A DNA stretch of 64,000 bases from an uncultured Verrucomicrobiae bacterium. GTDB lineage: Bacteria; Verrucomicrobiota; Verrucomicrobiia; Limisphaerales; UBA11358. Position numbers and translations under genes: made by a program. This document shows, piece by piece, positions 44,839 through 52,711 of the stretch. The notes beneath the pieces are model-generated. The model ran no database searches. It was not told where the DNA came from and saw nothing but the letters and a program-made list of their open reading frames with translations. Location: NCBI GenBank assembly GCA_963762585.1, contig CAVXLF010000008.1:80010-144009 (forward strand), read 5' to 3'. The stretch's first letter is position 1. Each line of letters begins with the position of its first letter.

Positions 44839-46070
44839 AATTTCAGAAATATTCCCTTCAGATAGTCCGCTTCCTTGAAGGTGACCGGATGGTCTGGCGC
44901 ATGGCGGGTGGTTTTCAGTTCAACAAAGCGCCGCCCGGAATTCGCAGCCGCCTGCCGCACGGCGCCAAAAAACTCCTCCGCGCTCACGTGCGCGGAACAG
45001 GAACAGGCCAACAGCAATCCGTCATGCGCGAGCCGCCGGATGCCGCTGGCGGCCAGCTGGCCATAAGCGCGGATTGCCCCGGCGCGCTCGGCCTCGCGTT
45101 TGGCGAGCGATGGTGGATCAAGGATGATCAACCCAAACCTGCGCGCGTCACCGCCCGCAAGCCACTCAAAGACATCCGTTTGCACACATTCATGGCGGCA
45201 GCCAACCACGGCGGGATCGGCGGCATTCAATTGGAAATTGCGTTGCGCCGACGCCAGCGCGTGGGGGCTGAGGTCGAGATCGGTCACGGACTTCGCACCG
45301 CCACGGGCTGCATAAAGCGAAAAGCCGCCTGAAAAACTGAACGCATTCAAGACCTCGCGTCCGCGGGCTAGTTTGCCGACTTCACAACGGTTTTCACGTT
45401 GGTCGAGAAAAAATCCCGTCTTTTGACCGCGCACCACGTCAGCCTCGAAGCAAATTCCGTTTTCTGAAAATACAACCGGCGCGGCCACTGCCGGCCCACA
45501 CAGAATATCCCCATCACGGCGACCTCTGCCGAAATGTTCCGCTGGGTTCTGAATGTTCCGGCTCAAGCGCAGGACCATTCGATCCGGCCGCAACCGTTCG
45601 CGGATGAGCGCGACAATGTCATCGAGTCGCGGCAGCCATGCTGCGGTGTAAAGTTTGAGAACCAGGGTTGCGTCATAACGATCGAGCACCAGGCCGGGCC
45701 AGCCGTCGCTCTCGCCGTTGACAAGCCGATAACCGGTGGTGCGTGCGTCAAATAGTCCGTCGCGGCGGCGCACGGCGGCATCGAGCTGCGTCGTCCACCA
45801 GGCAGCGTCAAGTGTCTGCGGTTTGCCGGCATGCAGCACACGCACCCGGATGGGTGAATCGGGATCAAACAGGCCGGCGGCAAGAAATTTGTCCTTGCGG
45901 TCATAGATGACGGCGAGTTCACCGGATGCGCCGTCGCGATTTTGTTCGCGCACACTGTCGGCAAAAACCCATGGATGACCGTAACGGACGCAATTTTCCG
46001 CCGCCGCCGTGATGCGAAGCCGCAGGCGTGGAAGCTTTTCGACAACGGATGGATGGGCGAGCGGTTTCAC
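44835..46070 (-). CDS. class I SAM-dependent rRNA methyltransferase, RlmI-like (PUA-type N-terminus)
   Basis: '[13 protein letters not shown]', '[28 protein letters not shown]', '[21 protein letters not shown]', '[12 protein letters not shown]', '[20 protein letters not shown]', 'ILDPPSLAK'. Confidence 0.8.
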   Translation of the reverse strand: MKPLAHPSVVEKLPRLRLRITAAAENCVRYGHPWVFADSVREQNRDGASGELAVIYDRKDKFLAAGLFDPDSPIRVRVLHAGKPQTLDAAWWTTQLDAAVRRRDGLFDARTTGYRLVNGESDGWPGLVLDRYDATLVLKLYTAAWLPRLDDIVALIRERLRPDRMVLRLSRNIQNPAEHFGRGRRDGDILCGPAVAAPVVFSENGICFEADVVRGQKTGFFLDQRENRCEVGKLARGREVLNAFSFSGGFSLYAARGGAKSVTDLDLSPHALASAQRNFQLNAADPAVVGCRHECVQTDVFEWLAGGDARRFGLIILDPPSLAKREAERAGAIRAYGQLAASGIRRLAHDGLLLACSCSAHVSAEEFFGAVRQAAANSGRRFVELKTTRHAPDHPVTFKEADYLKGIFLKF

Positions 46071-46074
46071 ATTT

Positions 46075-47682
46075 TTAACTGATTCGCAGCCACACCGTTT
46101 TCAAGTACGCCGGTTCACCACGGCTGACGGGGAAATCCGGCGGTTGCGGGAAATAATGCAACTGCAAAATCTTGCGTCGTGATTGATGGACGGCGGTTTC
46201 GATGTCGGCCAGAAAATCTTCCGGCGGCCAGTCCGCGGCATTGGTTGAGGCGAACAGAATTCCGTCCGGCTTCAGAACCGGCAGCGCGGCGGCGATGAGT
46301 TTTCCATAATCCTTCTCCGCGCGGAACACACCGCTTTCCTTCGATTGCGAAAATGTCGGCGGATCCAGCGCCACCACTTCAAAAGCACGGCCTTTTTTCG
46401 CCAGCCGCCGCAACCAGTCGAAGGTGTCGCCATAAATGAAATCGTGCGCCGCCGGGTCAAGCGCGTTCAACGCAAAGTTCCGCCGGCCCCATTCGAGGTA
46501 TTTCTTCGAGAGGTCGAGACTCGTCGTCCGGGCGCCCGCCCGCGCCGCGCAGACGGAAAAGCCGCAGGTATAGGCGAAACAATTCAGGAGATGGAAGTTG
46601 GGAGATGGAAGTTGGGGCAGGAAGAAATCCGCCGCGATGTGGCCGGTCAAAAAGCGGCGGCGGTTGTCGCGCTGGTCCAGAAACAAACCGACGGAATAAC
46701 CTTCGTGGAAACTCATCTCGAAGCGGATGCCGTTTTCCAAAATCTCGAACCGTTCCGGCGCTGCTTCGCCCAGAACCCGTTGTGGCGACGCGTCCGCCAC
46801 GGTGGCACGCCGAACCTGGCGCGACAGGATTTTGTGATACGCGCCGCGCACCGAAAGCATTTCCATCCGTCGCGCCAGTTCTTCGCGCTGGTCCGCGCGC
46901 AGCGGCTGTTCGGATTGCGACAGCAGAAAATCACCCAACCGTTCAACGTACCACCCCGGCCAACCGTCGCTCGCACCATGAATCATACGGAAGGCGTTCG
47001 TCGCTTCCGTCTCAATCAACGCGGCCCGCAGCGCGAGGGATGTGTGGGCGTCAAAGCCGGCCGGCGCGCAGAACGTCACCGGCCTGCCGGTGGCTGGATG
47101 GGTGAAGGATATTTCTGCCGCGTGCAGATAAACCCGTGCGGCCGGCGTGCCACCGTAAAGCGTGTCGCCAAGAATCGGAAATCCACTTTCCGCCGCGTGA
47201 ACGCGAATCTGGTGGGTCTTTCCCGTGAGTGGCTCCGCTTCCAGCATTTGAAATTCTGGGTTCTGGGTTCTGGATTCTGACTTTGGCGCCAGCCGGAATT
47301 TCGTTTCCGCGATTTCCGCGCCCGCATGCGGCGGCCGGCTTACATATTTTTCACCAACCCGGACGAGCGCGGCTTTAACGGTGAACCCGGGATCCGGCCC
47401 GGGCCGGTCGGTCAGCAGCAGGTATTTTTTACGGACGCGGCGTTGCGCGAATTGTTCCGTGAGCGAATGGTTGGCGGCGGGGGTTTTGCCAAAGACGAGC
47501 ACGCCGCTGGTTTCCTTGTCCAAGCGATGCAAAATGGCCAGGGCCGCCCAGCGCGGTTCGCGGTGGCGCAGCCAGTCGTAGAGGCCCTCACCGGCGTATG
47601 GGGCGGGTGTGTGCGTGTTCCAGCCGGCGGGCTTGCGGACCACCAGCAGATGTTCATCCTCAAAAATGACGCACGGCGCCAT
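46075..47682 (-). CDS. fusion protein: RluA-family pseudouridine synthase (N) plus RlmI-type class I SAM methyltransferase (C)
   Basis: N part: '[13 protein letters not shown]', '[18 protein letters not shown]', '[25 protein letters not shown]'. C part: '[22 protein letters not shown]', '[12 protein letters not shown]', '[20 protein letters not shown]', '[13 protein letters not shown]'. Single uninterrupted 535-aa ORF. Confidence 0.8.
   Translation of the reverse strand: MAPCVIFEDEHLLVVRKPAGWNTHTPAPYAGEGLYDWLRHREPRWAALAILHRLDKETSGVLVFGKTPAANHSLTEQFAQRRVRKKYLLLTDRPGPDPGFTVKAALVRVGEKYVSRPPHAGAEIAETKFRLAPKSESRTQNPEFQMLEAEPLTGKTHQIRVHAAESGFPILGDTLYGGTPAARVYLHAAEISFTHPATGRPVTFCAPAGFDAHTSLALRAALIETEATNAFRMIHGASDGWPGWYVERLGDFLLSQSEQPLRADQREELARRMEMLSVRGAYHKILSRQVRRATVADASPQRVLGEAAPERFEILENGIRFEMSFHEGYSVGLFLDQRDNRRRFLTGHIAADFFLPQLPSPNFHLLNCFAYTCGFSVCAARAGARTTSLDLSKKYLEWGRRNFALNALDPAAHDFIYGDTFDWLRRLAKKGRAFEVVALDPPTFSQSKESGVFRAEKDYGKLIAAALPVLKPDGILFASTNAADWPPEDFLADIETAVHQSRRKILQLHYFPQPPDFPVSRGEPAYLKTVWLRIS
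46587..46614. repeat. perfect 14-nt tandem duplication (two heptamer pairs) inside the fusion gene
   Basis: 'GGAGATGGAAGTTG' at 46587-46600 and again at 46601-46614. It codes (minus strand) for '[10 protein letters not shown]', just before the SAM-binding motif. Confidence 0.7.
47254..47281. repeat. four TTCTGGG-type heptamers inside the fusion gene
   Basis: Units TTCTGGG TTCTGGG TTCTGGA TTCTGAC. They code (minus strand) for '[11 protein letters not shown]' within the RluA part. Confidence 0.7.
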
Positions 47683-47765
47683 GTGCGAATGAAAACATTT
47701 TTGCCGGACAAATCAAAGTTCGCAGTCCGGGTATGTTGAAAACCTGCGAACCGACTGCCGGATTC

Positions 47766-49685
47766 TTATTTTCCCGTCGTGCCTCCGGCTGATTTGTGAC
47801 TTTGCAGCTGCCGGGCCGGGCCACCGACGACATGCGCCTGGTAGAGATAAAGCTGGCAGTCCTCGAACTGTGGCATTTCATCCGTGTCCAGGGCCGGATC
47901 AAACCGGACATCCAATCCGTAATGCTCGCGATAAAATATCTTGAGCGGCTCGAGCCATTTCCATCTCATTTTTACCAGGAAAAAGATGTCTGGCCGGTCC
48001 ACCAGCGAAAGGGAATATGGGTGGAGATGACATCGTTCCAGGATTTGGTTGTAAATGGGCGAGCCGGTGATCCAGCCGTAGGGCACCAGATAAAAGGGAA
48101 CCCGTTCCGTTGCAGGATAAAAGAAGATGCATTGTTCCAACACCGAATCATTAGGCATTGCAATCAGGACGGGTTTTTCCTGGGCTGGCGAGAGCGTGCG
48201 AAGCGGACCGAGGATTTGGCGGCTGACCCGTTTCAGGTTTTGATTGTATGCGTTTGCAACCCACAGATTCTGGGCCAATTGGGACAGGTTGAACAGGTAT
48301 AGCGCGCCCCAAACCGTCACAAGGGCAAGAGCTGACCCGCGCAACATTTTGGCCCGCCAAAGTGGCCCAAGTGAAACCTCAGGCCGGGCGGGCTGGTTGG
48401 CCGCAACCGGCCGTTTCTGGAAGCTGCCTGCCCAATAAAGACAGATGGCGTTGACAAACAGCGGGAGGTTGTAAGAGACGCGTTCAGGCAGACGCGCCGT
48501 CTTAAACAGATAAACACCAATCACCAAAAAAAGGCCGTAATAAACCAGCAACGTGACCAGGCAACGATGACGAAAAGCCCCTGCGACAAAGAGACACCCT
48601 ATCGCATTCAGAATGGCCAGCTTCATCAGAATGCCCGCGTCGTGGCCAAACATCCTGGGTAAGAACAGTAAACTGGCTGGAAATCCCCACACCGACGCCG
48701 GCTGGTCCCGCGCCAACGCCTTCAACCTGGCCAGAAAGAGGCGCAGCTTGGGCACCCCGGCATGCACATCGGGGTCGGAAAAATATTGCCGGGAAAACAT
48801 CCAGCCATCGTTTTGGCTCCAGCCGACTGCGGGCGCCGCCTGCGGAATGAAGTTTTCCAACGGTGTATCATGAATTTCACCGCGCATGTGGTTGTACTCC
48901 GCGTATTCGGCCCACGCCGGGTCACGCTGGTAAGCCCAGTGATTGATTCCGTGCAGCACCACGAGGATTCCCCCGCAGGCCAAAACCGCTCCCAACAGCC
49001 GGCGCCACGCAGCCAGGCCAAAGCGTTCCAATAGAAAAGGAGCGGCGACCACCGCCAACAGCAGCGCGACGGGCTCCCGAACCAGGCCCGTAAGGCCCAC
49101 CAAGGCGACTCCGGCAAGCACTCTGGGCCAATGCGCCGGTGACCCCGGCGGAAGTCCGTCCACCAACAACAGCAGGCCTGCGGTTCCAGCCAGAAAAGCG
49201 GTGGTGGTGAATTGGAGGTGCAACAGGATGTGCGTTTCAGCAACAAGGAAAAATCCCACATAGAGCAATCCGGACAGCCAGCCAAACCGGCGAGCCATCA
49301 CCAGGAAGGCAATGGCGGTAAGCGCCGCGAAATGCACCACCAAGATGTAGATAAGATACCAGTTGCACCCGGCCCAAGTTTGATAAAGAAATTGCAACAC
49401 CCAACCAATCAGAATATTGGTGAAAACCAGGTGCGCATCAGGATGACCGGTGTAGAAGCCCGAGGCAATCAACTGCATCATCAAGTCGTCATTGGTTTCA
49501 TAAGCCGGCGTGGCGCAGGTCAGAAAAAGAGCGAATAAAATGAGGTTGACCACGGCGGCCAAAACGAGCGCCTGAAGGCCGCCATGCCTGCCCGTCAGCG
49601 ACCGTGAATACTGGGAAAACCAAGCCCCGCTTAAAATCGTCCGAGACAGGCTTCGACGCGCCGCGCCGGTGTTCGGATCAGACAT
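47766..49685 (-). CDS. large polytopic membrane protein, candidate GT-C-type glycosyltransferase
   Basis: 639 aa with more than 10 hydrophobic segments over about 470 aa, then a soluble C-terminal domain. Acidic first-loop motif 'YETNDDLMM'. Its start overlaps the wecE-like stop by 8 nt. Confidence 0.4.
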   Translation of the reverse strand: MSDPNTGAARRSLSRTILSGAWFSQYSRSLTGRHGGLQALVLAAVVNLILFALFLTCATPAYETNDDLMMQLIASGFYTGHPDAHLVFTNILIGWVLQFLYQTWAGCNWYLIYILVVHFAALTAIAFLVMARRFGWLSGLLYVGFFLVAETHILLHLQFTTTAFLAGTAGLLLLVDGLPPGSPAHWPRVLAGVALVGLTGLVREPVALLLAVVAAPFLLERFGLAAWRRLLGAVLACGGILVVLHGINHWAYQRDPAWAEYAEYNHMRGEIHDTPLENFIPQAAPAVGWSQNDGWMFSRQYFSDPDVHAGVPKLRLFLARLKALARDQPASVWGFPASLLFLPRMFGHDAGILMKLAILNAIGCLFVAGAFRHRCLVTLLVYYGLFLVIGVYLFKTARLPERVSYNLPLFVNAICLYWAGSFQKRPVAANQPARPEVSLGPLWRAKMLRGSALALVTVWGALYLFNLSQLAQNLWVANAYNQNLKRVSRQILGPLRTLSPAQEKPVLIAMPNDSVLEQCIFFYPATERVPFYLVPYGWITGSPIYNQILERCHLHPYSLSLVDRPDIFFLVKMRWKWLEPLKIFYREHYGLDVRFDPALDTDEMPQFEDCQLYLYQAHVVGGPARQLQSHKSAGGTTGK

Positions 49686-50820
49686 AGAATTCCCGGATGG
49701 CCTGAATGACTTTGCCCTGATCTTCCTCGCTCAGACGGTTGAAAAAGGGCAGCCGGACCAGTCGTTCGCTCTTTTCCTCGCTCACCGGACAGGCCCCTTT
49801 CCGTCCCCCCATGCGCCGGCCCATGGGGGAAAGGTGGAGCGGCACATAATGAAACACGCTGAGGATGCCGCGCGATTTCAGAAACGAAATAAGTGCCTGG
49901 CGTTTTTCCAAAGACGGCATGATCAGGTAATACATGTGGTAGGATTGCTCACAGTACGCCGGCACCATCGGACAGCCAATCCCGCGTTCCTGCGCCCATT
50001 CGCGCAAGTGCCGGTCGTAATACCGCCATACCCGCTGCCGTTGCGCCTGGATGGTTTGCCAGGTTTCCAACTGGGCGTACAGAAAGGCCGCCAGAACGTC
50101 ACTCATCACATAACTCGAGCCAATGTCCACCCACGAATATTTGTCCACCTGTCCCCGGAAAAACCGGCTGCGATTTGTTCCCTTTTCGCGGATGATTTCG
50201 GCCCGTTCAATCAGGCGCGCGTCGTTGATCAGCAGCGCGCCGCCCTCGCCGCACGTGATATTCTTGGTTTCATGGAAACTCTGGGTGGCCAGGCAACCGA
50301 AGGTGCCCAGCCAGCGGCCCCGGTACTTGCCGAACAATCCGTGCGCATTGTCTTCCACGACGGCCAAGCCGTGGCCGGCGGCAACTTTGTTGATCACATC
50401 CATCTCGCAACCCACACCGGCGTAATGAACCGGGACCACCGCCTTCGTCCGGGAAGAAATGAGGCCTTCCAGTTTCGTTTCATCCAGATTCAGCGTGTCG
50501 GGCCGGATGTCGGCAAAAACAATCCGGGCTCCCCGCAACGCGAAGGCATTCGCCGTGGACACGAACGTAAAAGAAGGGACAATCACTTCGTCGCCGGCCT
50601 GGATATCGAGCAGCAGGGCGCTCATCTCGAGCGCGTGGGTACACGAGGTGGTGACCATCACCTTGGGCACGCCCAGGATCTGCTCCAAAAAGGCATGACA
50701 CCGTTTTGAGTAAGTCTGGTCTCCGGCAATCTGGCCGATGGTCATGGTCCGGGAAATGTGCTCCAGCTCGCGGCCCTGAAGCGAGGAGCGGTTGAATGGG
50801 ATTGGAAAATTTGGTTCCAT
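49678..50820 (-). CDS. wecE: DegT/DnrJ/EryC1-family aminotransferase, WecE-like (dTDP-4-amino-4,6-dideoxyhexose transaminase)
   Basis: 'IPFNRSSLQGRELEHISRTM', 'TTSCTHALEMSALLLDIQAGDEVIVPSFTFVSTANAFALRGARIVFADIRPDTLNLDE'. From memory it is almost collinear with E. coli WecE. 'SFHETKNITCGEGGAL'. Confidence 0.8.
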   Translation of the reverse strand: MEPNFPIPFNRSSLQGRELEHISRTMTIGQIAGDQTYSKRCHAFLEQILGVPKVMVTTSCTHALEMSALLLDIQAGDEVIVPSFTFVSTANAFALRGARIVFADIRPDTLNLDETKLEGLISSRTKAVVPVHYAGVGCEMDVINKVAAGHGLAVVEDNAHGLFGKYRGRWLGTFGCLATQSFHETKNITCGEGGALLINDARLIERAEIIREKGTNRSRFFRGQVDKYSWVDIGSSYVMSDVLAAFLYAQLETWQTIQAQRQRVWRYYDRHLREWAQERGIGCPMVPAYCEQSYHMYYLIMPSLEKRQALISFLKSRGILSVFHYVPLHLSPMGRRMGGRKGACPVSEEKSERLVRLPFFNRLSEEDQGKVIQAIREFYV

Positions 50821-50850
50821 TGGATCGGAATTATCGTCCGGGCATGATTA

Positions 50851-51612
50851 CTAATCCAAAGACGGGTACCATTTATGATACCAGAGCTGCAACTCCCGGC
50901 TCAAAAAACCGCACTGCTGGTAAAGGCGCTGGGCTGCCTGATTATTTCCCTGGGTAACGACCGTCACCTTGTGCGCGCCCTGGGACCGGTACCAGCCCAA
51001 CGCGGCCAGAACCAGGCTCCGGCCAACGCCCCGGCCGCGAGCCTCCGGACTGACGCCCACCAACCCGATTTGCCCCTCCTGGCGGACCGCATCCAGGTGG
51101 CAGGAGACATAACCCAACGGCTGATTGGCCGCCGAGGCGGCAACCCATACGGTTTGGGCACGCCCCTGGGACTCCAGGGTGATCCAGGTTGAATAGAGGT
51201 CTTCCGCGCGCTGGCGCGGGAAATGCGAATCACTAAAAAAACGCGTGTCCTTGTGTCCCGTCCGGGCCATGGCTTGCAATCCGGGCAGATCATCGGATTG
51301 AACCGGACGGAGGCTGACACCAGCCGGTGGACCGGAATGCGCCGGCTCCGGCAAATTCGTCATCAGGCATTCGAGAGTGACGCGAATATCGACCAGCCCA
51401 AAGCCATGCTGCTCGGCAGTCTGGACGGTCGCCGGATCATCCGCCCGCGCCAGAAAATACAGGCCCCGAACACGGTGACTGCGGCTCCAATCATCGATTT
51501 GCACCGCCTGTTCCTGCGTCAGCGAATCACCGCAGACGCGGGCGATGCGACAACGGAAAAACTCGGTGTCCCATGGCAGCAGCTCGCAAGGAGCAGGGTC
51601 AGGCCCGCTCAT
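50851..51612 (-). CDS. wecD: GNAT acetyltransferase, WecD-like (dTDP-4-amino-4,6-dideoxyhexose N-acetyltransferase)
   Basis: 'LLPWDTEFFRCRIARV' resembles the WecD N-terminus. GNAT core 'IGLVGVSPEARGRGVGRSLVLAALGWYRSQGAHKVTVVTQGNNQAAQRLYQQCGF'. Confidence 0.6.
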   Translation of the reverse strand: MSGPDPAPCELLPWDTEFFRCRIARVCGDSLTQEQAVQIDDWSRSHRVRGLYFLARADDPATVQTAEQHGFGLVDIRVTLECLMTNLPEPAHSGPPAGVSLRPVQSDDLPGLQAMARTGHKDTRFFSDSHFPRQRAEDLYSTWITLESQGRAQTVWVAASAANQPLGYVSCHLDAVRQEGQIGLVGVSPEARGRGVGRSLVLAALGWYRSQGAHKVTVVTQGNNQAAQRLYQQCGFLSRELQLWYHKWYPSLD

Positions 51613-52607
51613 GCCGTCACCTCGTCACGAGGGGCAATTTCCTCACGGACGGTGTATGTGGGGCGTTCCATCATGCGAAAGTGCATTCGTGCCAGATACT
51701 CTCCAATGATACCCAGAGCCAGGAGTTGTGCTCCGGAAAAAATGGCGATGATTGACGCCAGAAAGGTAAATCCCTGCACGGTGGTGCCATGGAGCAGGTA
51801 TCGCCCAATGACGAACACCAGGATGACACCACCAAAGGCGGTGCATAAAAGTCCCATGAGGTTGGCCAGCTGCAGGGGCAAGGTTGAAAAACCGGTCATC
51901 ATGTTCATTGCGTGCCGGAACAGCATGCCAAAGGTATAGTTCGAAATGCCGGTCTGACGGAGGTCGTGCCGGACGTGAATGGCCACGAACCGGGCGGTGG
52001 CCCAGGTCAGTACGACGTCGATGGAAACGAACGGGCTGTGATAATCGGCAAAGGCATCGCGGGCTTGCGTTCGAAACGCGCGAAAGGCCGACACATGGCG
52101 GGCCGTTTTGGCCCCCATGGATCGCTGAAGGGCCAGCTTGGTCAATCCCGAAGCGATATTCCTCAACCAACCATGCTGCTCGTGTTCGGGAAAACCATAA
52201 ACCACCTCGAAACCCTCGTCGAGTTTGGCCAGCAACTTGTGGATTTCCTCCGGTGGATGTTGCAGGTCATCGTCCATCGTCACCAGGATATCGAACCGGG
52301 CCGCCCGAATGCCGCAGAGAAGCGCATTGTGCTGCCCGTAATTTCGCATCAGGTTGATTCCCCGAATCCAGGGAAAGGAGCGCGACAATTCCTGGATGAC
52401 CTTCCAGCTTTGATCGCGGCTGCCATCGTTGACGAGCACAACTTCATATTTGCCGGCCAAGGAAGCCAGCGCCGGCGCCAATCGCTGAATCAACGCCGGC
52501 AGCAGTGATTCGCTGTTGTAAACCGGCACCACCACCGAGATGAAACGGCCCCTTCCCAGTCCAGTATCCATTGAGTTGTCAATGCCCAAGACCGGATGCT
52601 TTGTCAC
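51609..52607 (-). CDS. GT2 polyprenyl-phosphate glycosyltransferase (GtrB/ArnC-like)
   Basis: 'ISVVVPVYNSESLLPALIQRL', 'VVLVNDGSRDQS', 'ILVTMDDDLQHPPEEI'. Two C-terminal TM helices 'LLCTAFGGVILVFVIG' and 'FLASIIAIFSGAQLLALGIIGEYLARM'. Confidence 0.8.
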   Translation of the reverse strand: MTKHPVLGIDNSMDTGLGRGRFISVVVPVYNSESLLPALIQRLAPALASLAGKYEVVLVNDGSRDQSWKVIQELSRSFPWIRGINLMRNYGQHNALLCGIRAARFDILVTMDDDLQHPPEEIHKLLAKLDEGFEVVYGFPEHEQHGWLRNIASGLTKLALQRSMGAKTARHVSAFRAFRTQARDAFADYHSPFVSIDVVLTWATARFVAIHVRHDLRQTGISNYTFGMLFRHAMNMMTGFSTLPLQLANLMGLLCTAFGGVILVFVIGRYLLHGTTVQGFTFLASIIAIFSGAQLLALGIIGEYLARMHFRMMERPTYTVREEIAPRDEVTA

Positions 52608-52711
52608 GTCAAAAATCAGACCGAAACCCCCTGTTAAAGAACCAAGTCAGCCCTTTTTGGCACTGCGCCGGCATCGCCGGCGCCGGCGGAGAATCGATTG
52701 GCGACCGGCTG

